Of a DNA stretch of 64,000 nucleotides, positions 1-10,465 are shown piece after piece; position 1 is the first letter of the stretch; the number at the start of each line of letters is the position of its first letter. A program made the position numbers and the translations under genes. The notes below the pieces were generated by a model. It saw only the letters and a program-made list of their open reading frames with translations. It was not told where the DNA came from and searched no databases. The stretch covers positions 128,001-192,000 of the forward strand of contig CBDBIB010000002.1 of NCBI GenBank assembly GCA_965205945.1, written 5' to 3'. Origin of the DNA: Bdellovibrionales bacterium. GTDB taxonomy: Bacteria; Bdellovibrionota; Bdellovibrionia; Bdellovibrionales; UBA1609.

Positions 1-197
1 AAACTAAGAAACGTGAGTTTAGAAAATTATGGAATCAAAGAATTAATGCTGGAGCTAGAATAAATGGAACAACTTATTCAGTTCTTATTGGAGCATTAAA
101 GAAAACAGGTATCCAGCTTGATAGAAAAGTTTTATCAGATCTTGCAATTTTTGACCCTTTAGCATTTTCTGCCGTTGTTAAACAGGCCGGACTATAA
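1..197 (+). CDS. rplT: 50S ribosomal protein L20, 3' part (truncated by window edge)
   Basis: Manual translation from nt 3 gives [19 protein letters not shown]...[12 protein letters not shown]...AGL*, the L20 C-terminal signature. Stop TAA at 195-197. Confidence 0.95.
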   Translation, partial: TKKREFRKLWNQRINAGARINGTTYSVLIGALKKTGIQLDRKVLSDLAIFDPLAFSAVVKQAGL

Positions 198-251
198 TTA
201 AATTTTGCTTAAGTTTTTAAAAGAGTTAAGAGTTTTTTTTAAGGCTTAATT

Positions 252-1312
252 ATGAGTAGATCAGAAGACCCAAAGCTTTTTGAGCAAAGAAAAAAAGATC
301 ATATTAAATGGTCTTTAAATAACAAATCTCAAGTAGGACTGTCTCCTTCTAAACAAGTTAAATTAATACATGATCCGCTCCCAGAAATTAATTTTAAAGA
401 TATAAAAATAAAGAGTTCATCTAGATTTTTAAAAACTCAAAGCCATTAATGGTGAGTTCTATGACCGGAGGCTATAAAGAAGCGTTTAAGGTTAATAAAA
501 TTTTAATGCAGGCTTGTTTAAATAAGAATTGGGCTTTTTCTATAGGGTCATTAAGAAAAGAACTAGAGATGATACATTTAAATGAACTTAGTAAAGAGTG
601 GGTGGTTTTAAGAAAAGACTTTTTAAAATCAATGGATTTAATTGGTAATATTGGAATAGCTCAATTGATTTCACATAAAATCAAAGATATTCAAAAACTT
701 TGTAAACTCTATGAACTTAAGGGTCTTTATATTCATTTAAATCCTTTACAAGAAGTGATTCAGCCTGAAGGCAATACAAATTTTAAAGGTGGTTTAGGGG
801 CATTAAAGAATTTAACAGAAAATTTAGACGTGCCAGTGTTTTTAAAAGAAACAGGCACTGGTTTTTCAAAGCAAACATTTAAAAAAATTAAAAATTTAAA
901 TTTATCGGCAGTGGATGTTTCAGGTTTTGGTGGAACTCATTGGGGGCGTATTGAAGGCTTAAGGTCACAAGAAGAATCTATATTTTATAAAGCATCAAAA
1001 ACATTTAAGGACTGGGGAGTAACAACTGTTGAGAGCCTGGAGGCTGGAAATGTTATATTAAAAGACAGTTCTACAGAACTATGGGCCTCAGGAGGCCTTA
1101 GATCAGGTCTTGATGCGGCAATATGCTTTGCTTTAGGAGCAAAGTTTTGTGGCTTTGCAGGCCCTATGGTTAGAGCCGGACTTAAGGGTTTAAGAGCTGT
1201 GGAGTCATTAATGGATCAAATTGAATATGAGCTAAAAATTGCTTTGTTTTGCACTGGAACCTGCTCTATTAATGAGCTTAACAAAGAAAAGGTTTTAGAG
1301 TATGGAGCGTAA
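252..1312 (+). CDS. fni: Type 2 isopentenyl-diphosphate delta-isomerase (FMN-dependent), split by a -1 frameshift at ~428-434
   Basis: ORF 252-449 carries RKKDHI and HDPLPEINF. ORF 449-1312 carries SSMTGG, HLNPLQE..QPEG, KETGTG, GGTHW and ASGGLRSG. The -1 frame upstream of 449 reads FKNSKPL-MVSS, joining the two parts. Confidence 0.9.
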
Positions 1313-2609
1313 TTTAAAAGGGTTTTCAAAATTAAATAGATATGAGCGCTTTTCTAAGCTTCAAGAAATGGGGTTTTTAGAAAAAGAAGATATTAAGCTT
1401 TTAAAAGAATCTTTGTTTTTAAAAAAAGATTTAGCTGAAGATTTTATTGAAAATTCTTTAGGGTATTTTCCCATTCCTTACGGAGTGGTGACACATTTAA
1501 AGGTTAATGGAAAAAAAATACTGGTTCCCATAGCTGTTGAAGAGACTTCAATTATAGCAGCAGCAAGTAAAACATCTAAATGGATAAATGATAATAAGGG
1601 ATTTATTCGAACAAACAGAGTTTCTCGTGAAGGTATTGGACAGATTCAGTTTTCGCATATTAAAGATAAAGAAAAATTTTGTAAGATTGTAGAACTTAGT
1701 AGCCCTGAGTGGGTTAAACTTTGTAATAAATCTATTGCTAAATCTTTATTTAAAAGAGGTGGTGGAGTAAAAAGATTTACCCCTAGAATTATAAAGCGTC
1801 CTGATAAAGGCTTTATGGGTGTGATACATGCTTATGTAGATACATGTGAAGCTATGGGTGCAAATGTAATCAATCAGGTTTGTGAGTTTATGCAGCCTAC
1901 CCTAGAAGCTGAGCTTTTAGAAACTCCAACTATATGCATTCTTTCAAATTTAATGGATTCAAATTTGACAAAAGTTACAGTTGAATTTGAAGTTGATTCT
2001 AAGCTTGGTTATAAAATACAGGAAGCATCATATTTTGCAGAAGTTGATTCCTATAGGGCTGCCACTAATAATAAAGGCATTATGAACGCGATTGATTCTG
2101 TTTTAATAGCTACAGGGAATGACTGGAGAGCTGTTGAGGCAGGGGCTCACTCTTATGCGGCAAGAAGTGGAAAATACTCATCTTTAGCAACATGGAGATT
2201 TACTCCTTATAAAGATATTTCTTTAAAAGGGCTTTTAAAAGGTGTTATGCAAATACCAATTTCCATAGGAACAGTGGGAGGGGTAACAAAGCTTCATCCT
2301 TTTGCACGGCTTTCTATGAAGCTTACTGGATCTAATAATGTTGATGACCTTGCTGGAGTTGTAGCTGCCATAGGTCTGGTTCAAAACCTTGGTGCTTTAA
2401 GAGCTCTTACAACGGTTGGAATTATTAAAGGGCATATGAGACTCCATATTAAGAATTTAGCTTTAGGGGCTGGAGCTAAAGAGAATGAAGCTTCTCATTT
2501 ACAAAAGAAACTAGAAGAGGTTTTAAAAATAACAAAAAGAATTTCTTTATCTCAGGCTAAAGAAGTTTTAACTGAAATGCGATCAGTTTTAAAAGTTAAA
2601 AGATCTTAA
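1302..2609 (+). CDS. mvaA: Class II HMG-CoA reductase
   Basis: Motifs EETSIIAAAS, EAMGAN, TNNKGIMNAID, GNDWRAVEAGAH, GIIKGHMRLH. Confidence 0.93.
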   Translation: MERNLKGFSKLNRYERFSKLQEMGFLEKEDIKLLKESLFLKKDLAEDFIENSLGYFPIPYGVVTHLKVNGKKILVPIAVEETSIIAAASKTSKWINDNKGFIRTNRVSREGIGQIQFSHIKDKEKFCKIVELSSPEWVKLCNKSIAKSLFKRGGGVKRFTPRIIKRPDKGFMGVIHAYVDTCEAMGANVINQVCEFMQPTLEAELLETPTICILSNLMDSNLTKVTVEFEVDSKLGYKIQEASYFAEVDSYRAATNNKGIMNAIDSVLIATGNDWRAVEAGAHSYAARSGKYSSLATWRFTPYKDISLKGLLKGVMQIPISIGTVGGVTKLHPFARLSMKLTGSNNVDDLAGVVAAIGLVQNLGALRALTTVGIIKGHMRLHIKNLALGAGAKENEASHLQKKLEEVLKITKRISLSQAKEVLTEMRSVLKVKRS

Positions 2610-2636
2610 AATTAGAAAATTTAAAGGGGATAACAA

Positions 2637-3449
2637 GTGAATATACCCAGCAAAACATTTTTAATGGGTGAATACACTGTTTTAAATGATGGGAGCGCTT
2701 TAGTGCTTGCACATGAACCATTTTTTATTGTAAAAAATAAAATCCCTAAAAAAACCCTTCACCCAGAGAGTCCTGCTGGAAAGTTTTTAAAACAAAAAAG
2801 TAAAGAACAGAATTTTAGTTTTTTTGACCCACATAAACAATCAGGTGGTTTTGGTAGTTCAACGGCAGAATACTTAGCGGCATATAAAAGTGTATTTCCT
2901 GATGCTAGTATAGATGAGATACTAAAAACTTATTTTAAAAATTTTGAAGAAGTTAAAATTAAACCTAGTGGTGCTGACTTATGTGTGCAGTCTTATTATA
3001 AAAAAGGTGTTTTAGAATATAAAAAAAAACCATTAGACCATAGTTTATACGACTGGCCGTTTAAGGATTTAGATATTTTGATTTTTAAAACAAAAGATAA
3101 AATAAAAACACATAGTCATTTAGATGTTGTTTATTTAAAAAATTTAAGAACTCTAGGAGTAATAGCGAAAAAAGCTATTGATTTTTTTAAAGTAGGAGAT
3201 TCTTTAGGTTTTTTAAATTCAGTGGATTTATTTACAAAGGAACAGGCAATGCAAAGATTGCTTCATAAAAACACAATAAGACTTATATATGAAGTAAATC
3301 AAATAAAAGGGGTACATACATCTCGTGGTTGTGGTGCTATGGGAGCAGATGTCTTAACTGTGTTTGTAAAGCCTTATTTAAAAGAGTATGTTTGTGAACA
3401 AGTATTAAGTAAAGGCTTGGGTTTAAAGGTTGTATTAAAAGTATTATAG
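2637..3449 (+). CDS. GHMP-family kinase, probable phosphomevalonate kinase
   Basis: PSKTFLMGEY, GGFGSSTAE, PSGAD and GCGAMGAD motifs; lies within the mevalonate operon. Confidence 0.75.
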   Translation: MNIPSKTFLMGEYTVLNDGSALVLAHEPFFIVKNKIPKKTLHPESPAGKFLKQKSKEQNFSFFDPHKQSGGFGSSTAEYLAAYKSVFPDASIDEILKTYFKNFEEVKIKPSGADLCVQSYYKKGVLEYKKKPLDHSLYDWPFKDLDILIFKTKDKIKTHSHLDVVYLKNLRTLGVIAKKAIDFFKVGDSLGFLNSVDLFTKEQAMQRLLHKNTIRLIYEVNQIKGVHTSRGCGAMGADVLTVFVKPYLKEYVCEQVLSKGLGLKVVLKVL

Positions 3450-3452
3450 GAA

Positions 3453-4427
3453 ATGACAATGAATAAAAAAAAATGGAATGCTAAAGCACCCTCTAATATA
3501 GCATTGATTAAGTATATGGGTAAAAAAGATGAAAGGCTTAATATTCCTGATAATCCATCACTTTCTTATACATTACCACATTTGCTAACTAAAGTTGAAC
3601 TTGAGATGACAGATGATCTTACAGATTCTTGGGAATCTTTAAATTATGGAGAATGTTTTAAATTAGAACTTAAGTTAAAAGAATCACAAAGGTATTTAAA
3701 ACATTTTAAGTTTATTAAAGAAAAATTTAATATAAAAAAAAATTTTATTGTCAGATCAGCAAATAGTTTTCCTGAAAATTGTGGACTAGCAAGTTCAGCT
3801 TCAAGTTTTGCCGCTTTGACTAAGATCTCAGTAAAAGCTTTTTCTGAAATAAATAACATATCAATTCCAAATATAAATGAGATAGCGGACTTAAGTCGCC
3901 AAGGTTCAGGGTCTTCATGCAGGTCATTTTTTAGTCCTTGGTGCGTCTGGAATAATGAGATGGTGTCTGAAATAGTTTTTCCACAAAAAAATCTTCTTCA
4001 TATGGTTGTAATTGCAGATGGTGCTAGAAAAAAAATGCCTTCTTCTAAGGCTCATAAGAATGTGAAATCAAGTCTTCTTTATTCGGGTAGAGAAGAAAGA
4101 GCAAAAATTCGTATGAAGCTACTTTTAGACGCCTTAAGGTTTAATAATTGGAGGGAGGCATTTGAATTGTGTTGGAGTGAGTTCTGGGATATGCATGTTC
4201 TTTTTCAAACATCTAATCCAAGTTTTGGTTACATGAATAAAGGCTCTATGCAGATTCTTCAACATATAAAATCTAGTTGGAGAAAGGCTGGTGATGGACC
4301 TATTGTTACTATGGATGCTGGACCTAATGTACATCTTCTTTTTAGAGCAGAGCAGTTTTTTATGGCAAAAAAGATAAAAGATTACTATTTAGACTTTGGG
4401 TTTAAAGTTTATTCGGATAAGATCTAA
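3453..4427 (+). CDS. mvaD: Diphosphomevalonate decarboxylase
   Basis: APSNIALIKYMGK, GLASSASSFAAL, SRQGSGSSCRS, TMDAGPNVH. Confidence 0.95.
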   Translation: MTMNKKKWNAKAPSNIALIKYMGKKDERLNIPDNPSLSYTLPHLLTKVELEMTDDLTDSWESLNYGECFKLELKLKESQRYLKHFKFIKEKFNIKKNFIVRSANSFPENCGLASSASSFAALTKISVKAFSEINNISIPNINEIADLSRQGSGSSCRSFFSPWCVWNNEMVSEIVFPQKNLLHMVVIADGARKKMPSSKAHKNVKSSLLYSGREERAKIRMKLLLDALRFNNWREAFELCWSEFWDMHVLFQTSNPSFGYMNKGSMQILQHIKSSWRKAGDGPIVTMDAGPNVHLLFRAEQFFMAKKIKDYYLDFGFKVYSDKI

Positions 4428-4433
4428 AAAATT

Positions 4434-5315
4434 ATGAGAGATCAGATTTTTTCAAAAATTATTTTATGTGGAGAACATTCCGTATTAAGGGGAGGAATGG
4501 CCGTTGTTACATCTTTAAAGTCTCATAGTTTTAAATATGATATTGAAACTTCAAATAAATTTATACTTTCGTATTCTAAACAGGTACGCCCTTATGAAAT
4601 CTTATTTGAAGGGGTTTTTGATAAAGCATTAAGTATTCTAGGTAGGAAAAGAAACGACTTAAAAGTAAAAATTAAAATTGAATCAATTGTTCCATTAGGT
4701 AAAGGACTTGGAGGGTCAGCAGCTGTTTCTGTATTTATTTCCAGAGTTATGAGATTTTTATCTTTTATAAAGGAAGAGCGGTTGTTTTTGTTTGCTGTGG
4801 AATTAGAAAATATGTTTCACGGAGAGAGTAGTGGTGTGGATATAGCTGGATGCTTAAGTTCTGGACCTCATTCGTATTTAAGAGGAAAGTCTATTAAAAA
4901 AATTGAAACCAATCTAAAAAATGTTATGTTTGCTTTATCAGATACAAATCAAATAGGTGAAACAGACGTTTGTATACAAAAAGTTGAAAGTTTTAAAATG
5001 AAGAATAAAAAACTTTTTTACTCTTTAGATATGAAGATGGATAAGGCTTCAAAAGATATAGTTAAGGCTTTAGAAGAGAATAATTTAGAATTGTTAACAA
5101 TGGGGATAAAATCAGCAAATAAAATTTTTAATCAATGGGGGTTAGTTACTCTTAAAATGTTTGAAAAAATAAAGGAGTTAAAAGATGCTGGTGCTTTGGC
5201 TGTTAAACCTACAGGATCTGGAATGGGTGGTTATTTATTGTCTATTTGGAAAAAAGAAGATGAAGTTAAGGCTTTAAAAACATGTTCGGAGATCTCAGTA
5301 TTTAAATTAATATAA
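4434..5315 (+). CDS. mvk: Mevalonate kinase (GHMP family)
   Basis: KIILCGEHSV, PLGKGLGGSAA, FHGESSGVD, KPTGSGMGG. Confidence 0.85.
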   Translation: MRDQIFSKIILCGEHSVLRGGMAVVTSLKSHSFKYDIETSNKFILSYSKQVRPYEILFEGVFDKALSILGRKRNDLKVKIKIESIVPLGKGLGGSAAVSVFISRVMRFLSFIKEERLFLFAVELENMFHGESSGVDIAGCLSSGPHSYLRGKSIKKIETNLKNVMFALSDTNQIGETDVCIQKVESFKMKNKKLFYSLDMKMDKASKDIVKALEENNLELLTMGIKSANKIFNQWGLVTLKMFEKIKELKDAGALAVKPTGSGMGGYLLSIWKKEDEVKALKTCSEISVFKLI

Positions 5316-5338
5316 GATATAAAAAGAAAAGAGTGCAA

Positions 5339-6091
5339 TTAAATACTTAATTCATAAAGTGCAATAGATAAACAAGAGTTTACATTAAGAGATTCAACAT
5401 GAGAAGAAATAGGTATTGATAAAAAGTTTTTAGAAAGTTCTTTAGGAATATGTCCGCCCTCTTCGCCTAAAAGAAGACGTAGGCTTTTTCCTTTTAAATC
5501 ACAGGTTTTTATAGAAACTCCAGATTTATCTAAAGAGTAAAAATTTTCATGGGTGAGATCTTTTATACTAGGGCCTAAAAAAAGAGGAGCTTTTAAAATA
5601 CTTCCACTAGAGGCTTTTATGACATCTTGTAAAAAGGGGCTTGAGGCCTCTTTAAGAAGAATTATTTTTTTTACTGAAAAGGCTAAGCAAGTACGAATAA
5701 GCGCGCCAAGGTTTTTTGGATCACCAATTGGTAGAATAACTTCAATTCCTTTAGGTTCTTTTTTAAAGTCAAAAAGCTTGAGTTTAGGAGTTTTTAAGAG
5801 GTAAATAGGCAATTTTGAATTAAGAGTGGAAAGTTCTTGGAAAAGTTCTTTATTTAATAAATAATCAGGGTTTTCTTTTTTTAAAAAATGTATACTTTTA
5901 AAATTTGTGCCTGACTGTTTAACTTCATGAATGACATATTGGCCTGCTGCTAAAAAAAGCTTCTCTTTTTTAATACCTTTTGATGTCTTTAAAGATTTTA
6001 GTATTTTAAAGGTCGGATTTTGAGCACTATTAATGATTTTCATGGATTTTACCGCCTTAAGTATTATAAGATTAAGTTGCCATAAAATCAA
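5339..6091 (-). CDS. TrmH/SpoU family RNA methyltransferase (real start probably ATG at 6043)
   Basis: DPKNLGALIRT, LLGEEGG and SLNV SPOUT motifs; N-terminal INSAQNP. Confidence 0.85.
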   Translation of the reverse strand: MILWQLNLIILKAVKSMKIINSAQNPTFKILKSLKTSKGIKKEKLFLAAGQYVIHEVKQSGTNFKSIHFLKKENPDYLLNKELFQELSTLNSKLPIYLLKTPKLKLFDFKKEPKGIEVILPIGDPKNLGALIRTCLAFSVKKIILLKEASSPFLQDVIKASSGSILKAPLFLGPSIKDLTHENFYSLDKSGVSIKTCDLKGKSLRLLLGEEGGHIPKELSKNFLSIPISSHVESLNVNSCLSIALYELSI

Positions 6092-6112
6092 AAATAATCC
6101 AATATTTTAAGT

Positions 6113-7144
6113 ATGTTACCAGGAAAAATTAATCAGTTGGTTGAAGATAACTATTTTAAGGCTCTAACCCAGATCAATCAGGCTATGGACTCTAGTTCGT
6201 TGTATGAAGTTAAAGTAAAGTATTTTGGGAAACAAGGAAAGTTTACTTCTATTTTAAAGGGCTTAAGTAAACTGTCTAAAGAGGAGCGTCCAGAGGCTGG
6301 AAGAATTGTAAATATTAAAAAACAAGAGCTTTTAAAAGCTTATGAGGCTAGGCAAGAAGAACTGGATAAAGCTGAGTTAGATTTAGTTATCTTAAAAGAA
6401 ACATTTAATTTTTCAATTCCTAGAAAAAGAGAATCTTTAGGGAGTCAACACCCAATTACAAAGATTACTGATGAAATGGTAAGTATACTTTTAAAAATTG
6501 GTTTTTCTGTAAGAACAGGTCCTCATATTGAAAGCGATGAGAATAATTTTTCAAAATTAAACTTCCCCAAAGATCATCCTGCTCGTGATATGCAAGACAC
6601 TTTTTATATTGATTCTAATTATGTTTTAAGAACTCATACATCGCCAATTCAGATTAGAACATTAGAGAGTGAACCCTTACCTTTACGAATATTGGCTCCA
6701 GGTTCAGTTTTTAGATGTGATTCAGATATTAGTCATTCACCAAATTTTAATCAAATTGAAGGCCTTTATGTAGATAAGAATGTTTCAATGTCTCATTTAA
6801 AGGGAATTATAGGATATTTTGTAAGAGAGCTTTTTGGGAAAAAAACAAGAATAAGGTTTAGGCCAAGTTTTTTTCCATTTACAGAGCCTTCTGCAGAAGT
6901 AGATTGCACTTGTCTTCTTTGTAGTGAAAAAGGCTGTAGGGTTTGTTCTAATACTGGATGGATTGAAATTGGTGGGTGTGGGCTTATTCATCCTAATGTT
7001 TTAACTAATTGTGGAATTAATAGTGAGGAGTGGCAAGGCTTAGCTTTTGGCTTTGGAGCGGAAAGAATGGCTATGATTAAATATGGCATAGGTGATATTA
7101 AGTTATTTAACGAAAATCTAATTAGTTTTGTGGAGCAGTTTTAA
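6113..7144 (+). CDS. pheS: Phenylalanine-tRNA ligase alpha subunit
   Basis: HPARDMQDTF, LRTHTS, FRPSFFPFTEPS, GLAFGFGAER. Confidence 0.98.
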   Translation: MLPGKINQLVEDNYFKALTQINQAMDSSSLYEVKVKYFGKQGKFTSILKGLSKLSKEERPEAGRIVNIKKQELLKAYEARQEELDKAELDLVILKETFNFSIPRKRESLGSQHPITKITDEMVSILLKIGFSVRTGPHIESDENNFSKLNFPKDHPARDMQDTFYIDSNYVLRTHTSPIQIRTLESEPLPLRILAPGSVFRCDSDISHSPNFNQIEGLYVDKNVSMSHLKGIIGYFVRELFGKKTRIRFRPSFFPFTEPSAEVDCTCLLCSEKGCRVCSNTGWIEIGGCGLIHPNVLTNCGINSEEWQGLAFGFGAERMAMIKYGIGDIKLFNENLISFVEQF

Positions 7145-9531
7145 TGAAACTATCTTTAAAATGGTTAAGCGATTATGTTGATGTTTCTAATTTTTTTAAT
7201 GAACCAATGATTCTTGCAGAAAAACTTACAAGTGTAGGCTTAGAGGTTGAAGAAGTGGTTTTGCAAGCAAAAGACTTTAGAAATGTTGTAGTTGGAAAAA
7301 TTGAAAAATTAGAAAAACATCCTGATGCTGAAAAGCTAACATATTGTAGTGTCAATATAGGAAAAGAAATTTTAAAAATTATTTGTGGAGCAAAGAATCA
7401 TAAAAAAGGTGATAAAGTTTGTGTAGCAACTATAGGAGCTATTCTTCCTGGAAATTTTAAGATTAAGAAATCTAAAATAAGAGGAGTTCAAAGCTTTGGT
7501 ATGCTTTGTTCTAAAGGTGAATTAGGTTTGACTGATAAAAAAGAAGAGGGTATTTTAATTCTTCCTAAAGATGCACCTATTGGGGAATCTTTTTCTAAGT
7601 ATTATGGTTATGATGATGTGACCTTTGAAGTGAATGTTACACCAAATAGAGCTGATTGTTTAAGCCATTTAGGCTTGGCTCGAGAGATTTCAACACTGTT
7701 TAAACGCCCACTTAAAGAAAAAGTGACTTTAAAAAATTTAAAGTTTGAAGATAAAGAATCTATTTTAGTAGAGTTAAAAAATTCAAGGCTTTGTCCTCGT
7801 TATATGGGGCAAATGATCTTTGATGTTAAAGTAGGGCCTAGTCCAAAATGGTTAGTTAAGAAACTTGAATCAGTGGGAATAAGCTCTATTAATAATATAG
7901 TGGATGTTACAAACTATATAATGATAGATAGTGGTCAACCTCTTCATGCATTTGATACAGACTTAATTAATGGGAATACTATTATAGTTGATAACGCTGT
8001 AAGTGGTGAAAGTTTTTTAAGTCTTGATGGAACTAAGTATACTTTAAGTGGTCAAGAACTGACTATTAGAGATTCTAAAGGGCCTATTGCTTTAGCAGGA
8101 GTTATTGGTGGAAAAAATTCTGGAGTTAGAGAAAAAACGAGTAATATTTTTATTGAAGCTGCACATTTTATTCCTTCAGGGGTTAGAATAACATCACGAT
8201 CTTTAGGTATTGACACAGATTCAGCATATAGATTTTCTAGAGGAACAGATGAGTCACGTGTGGGTAAAGGTTTGGCTGAAGCAGTAGCCCTTGTTTTAGA
8301 AGTAGCTGGGGGTAGTCTGAGTAAAAAAATTGTTGAATTCTATCCGAATAAAAAAGAGATTAAAGTAATTTTTGTTTTACAGGCATATATAAATCAACGC
8401 TTAGGGTTTATTGTTGAAGAAAAAGAAGTTGAAAAATGTTTTTTAAGCTTGGGTTTTAAAGCTTTGTTTAAAGATGGTATGTGGAGTGTTAAACCTGCTA
8501 AATATCGTTGGGATATTCAAATTAAAGAGGATTTAGTCGAAGAAATTGGAAGAATTATAGGATATAATAATATCCCGGAAGTACTGCCTGCTGTTTTTGG
8601 TTGTCCGCAAGATGAGAATTCTAATTATAATAATTTTAAGATCTTAAGATCTAACTTATTAGGTTTAGGCTTTAATGAGGCTGTTCATTATAATTTTTAT
8701 TCAAATGATGAAGAGGTTTTTTGGGGTAATGAAATGTTGCCTTTAATGGGTGAAGGAGACAAAAAAATAGTAAGTATTCAAAATCCATTAAGTTTAGATC
8801 TTTCAAAAATGAGAACATCAATGTTTCCTCAATTTGTTTCAAATTATATTAAAAATTGGAGGCTTGGCACTAAATCTGGAAAAATTTTTGAAATTGGAAA
8901 AGCTCATTTTAAATCAAAGGATAATAAATATACAGAAACTAATTATTTGTGTGGTGTGATTTGGATGCAAGATCAAAAAGCTTCTTATACTCTTGAAAAA
9001 CTTATGGGAATAGTTTCTAAGCTTTTTCAGGCCTGGGGAGTTTTTAAATGGAAGGCTGAGGGTTTAGGTGATAAGGCTATGAGTGCTTTTCACCCTAATT
9101 TATCAGCAAAACTTTTTTCTGAAAGCAAGGAAATAGGGTATGTTTTTTCTTTGAATCCAAGAATAGCTAAGAAAAATAAAGTTCCTGCAAATTTTTGTGG
9201 TTTTGAGATTAATTTAGATCAGTTTTTAAAAGGAAAACCTAGACCTAAGAAGTTTAAAGAATTTTCAAGATTTCCTATTGTTGAAAGAGATTTTTCCGTA
9301 ATTGTGGATCAAAATTTTTTATATGATAAAATCCTTAAAAGAGTTAGAAAAACTACGGATAAAATTTTTAAAAGCCTTGAAATACACGATATTTACCAAG
9401 GAAATAATATTCCAGAAGGAAAAATATCAGTAACATTTAAGGCTAGATTTCAAGCTAAAGATAGAACTTTATCTGAGGAGGAATTAAAGATTATGCAGAA
9501 AAAAATACTAGGAGAATTAGCAAGTTTATAG
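7144..9531 (+). CDS. pheT: Phenylalanine-tRNA ligase beta subunit
   Basis: HPDAEKL, TPNRADCLS, GQPLHAFD, EDLVEEIGRI and a C-terminal FDX-ACB domain; follows pheS. Confidence 0.98.
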   Translation: MKLSLKWLSDYVDVSNFFNEPMILAEKLTSVGLEVEEVVLQAKDFRNVVVGKIEKLEKHPDAEKLTYCSVNIGKEILKIICGAKNHKKGDKVCVATIGAILPGNFKIKKSKIRGVQSFGMLCSKGELGLTDKKEEGILILPKDAPIGESFSKYYGYDDVTFEVNVTPNRADCLSHLGLAREISTLFKRPLKEKVTLKNLKFEDKESILVELKNSRLCPRYMGQMIFDVKVGPSPKWLVKKLESVGISSINNIVDVTNYIMIDSGQPLHAFDTDLINGNTIIVDNAVSGESFLSLDGTKYTLSGQELTIRDSKGPIALAGVIGGKNSGVREKTSNIFIEAAHFIPSGVRITSRSLGIDTDSAYRFSRGTDESRVGKGLAEAVALVLEVAGGSLSKKIVEFYPNKKEIKVIFVLQAYINQRLGFIVEEKEVEKCFLSLGFKALFKDGMWSVKPAKYRWDIQIKEDLVEEIGRIIGYNNIPEVLPAVFGCPQDENSNYNNFKILRSNLLGLGFNEAVHYNFYSNDEEVFWGNEMLPLMGEGDKKIVSIQNPLSLDLSKMRTSMFPQFVSNYIKNWRLGTKSGKIFEIGKAHFKSKDNKYTETNYLCGVIWMQDQKASYTLEKLMGIVSKLFQAWGVFKWKAEGLGDKAMSAFHPNLSAKLFSESKEIGYVFSLNPRIAKKNKVPANFCGFEINLDQFLKGKPRPKKFKEFSRFPIVERDFSVIVDQNFLYDKILKRVRKTTDKIFKSLEIHDIYQGNNIPEGKISVTFKARFQAKDRTLSEEELKIMQKKILGELASL

Positions 9532-9562
9532 GTAGAATATAAGTAATATTAAAGGGAGGCTT

Positions 9563-9886
9563 ATGGCTAATGAGCAAAGATCTGAAAAAGGGAAGACACT
9601 TACCAAGTTAGATTTGGTTGAGAGTGTTTATGAGAAAATTGGATTTTCAAAAAAAGAGGCTGCAGAATTTGTTGAGTCTATTTTTGCAGAAATTAAATTA
9701 AAATTGATTGCTGGTGATAAAGTTAAAATATCAGGTTTTGGCAACTTTGTAGTGAATGATAAAAAACCAAGAAAAGGAAGGAATCCTCAAACAGGTGAAC
9801 AAATTATAATTTCAGGAAGAAGAGTTTTAACTTTTAAATCTAGCCAAATTTTAAAAGAAAAAATTAATGATAAAGGGGGCAAATAG
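9563..9886 (+). CDS. ihfA: Integration host factor alpha subunit
   Basis: LTKLDL, KISGFGNF, GRNPQTGE; canonical position after pheT. Confidence 0.92.
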   Translation: MANEQRSEKGKTLTKLDLVESVYEKIGFSKKEAAEFVESIFAEIKLKLIAGDKVKISGFGNFVVNDKKPRKGRNPQTGEQIIISGRRVLTFKSSQILKEKINDKGGK

Positions 9887-10311
9887 TGGATACTATTTTA
9901 TTAACTCCAAAAGATATTAAACTAGATAAAGACTATGACGCAAACTTAGAGGTGTTACTAAGCTTAGTGCCTAATAAGATGGCGTTTAAGATTGGTGAAA
10001 TTTCAGATATGCTTGGCCTTAAAAAACATGTTTTAAGGTATTGGGAGTCTGAGTTTCAAGATCTAAAACCTAAAAAATCTAGTAAGAATCAAAGAATGTA
10101 TACTAGAAGAGAGATTGAGCTTTTACTTATGATTCGAAAATTTCTTTATGTGGATAAATTTTCTATATCAGGAACGCGAAGATCTTTAAGATATTGGAAA
10201 AAAGAAAAAAAACAAAAGAAAAAATTTTCTTTAACAAATAAACTAGATCATCTTCAGGATGATTTAAAATCTTTGATAATAGATATTAGGAGTATTAAGG
10301 GTATTTTGTGA
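9886..10311 (+). CDS. MerR-family HTH regulator
   Basis: FKIGEIS...HVLRYWESEF..LKPKKS...RMY; conserved ihfA-merR linkage. Confidence 0.88.
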   Translation: MDTILLTPKDIKLDKDYDANLEVLLSLVPNKMAFKIGEISDMLGLKKHVLRYWESEFQDLKPKKSSKNQRMYTRREIELLLMIRKFLYVDKFSISGTRRSLRYWKKEKKQKKKFSLTNKLDHLQDDLKSLIIDIRSIKGIL

Positions 10312-10465
10312 TTTAACTTTTTTTTTAATCTTTAAGCAGCAATAGTTCCATATAAGGATAAGAATAAGTTTAAACGACTTAAGGGGTTTGAGTTGTGGAG
10401 TGTTTAAGATGAGAAATTTATTTAGAAAAAAAAATGATTCAATTCAACTGTCTTAGAGTTTCTTT

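Noticed and set aside
10312..10465. tRNA-Pro expected after merR
   Set aside because: No tRNA-like sequence or structure is visible.
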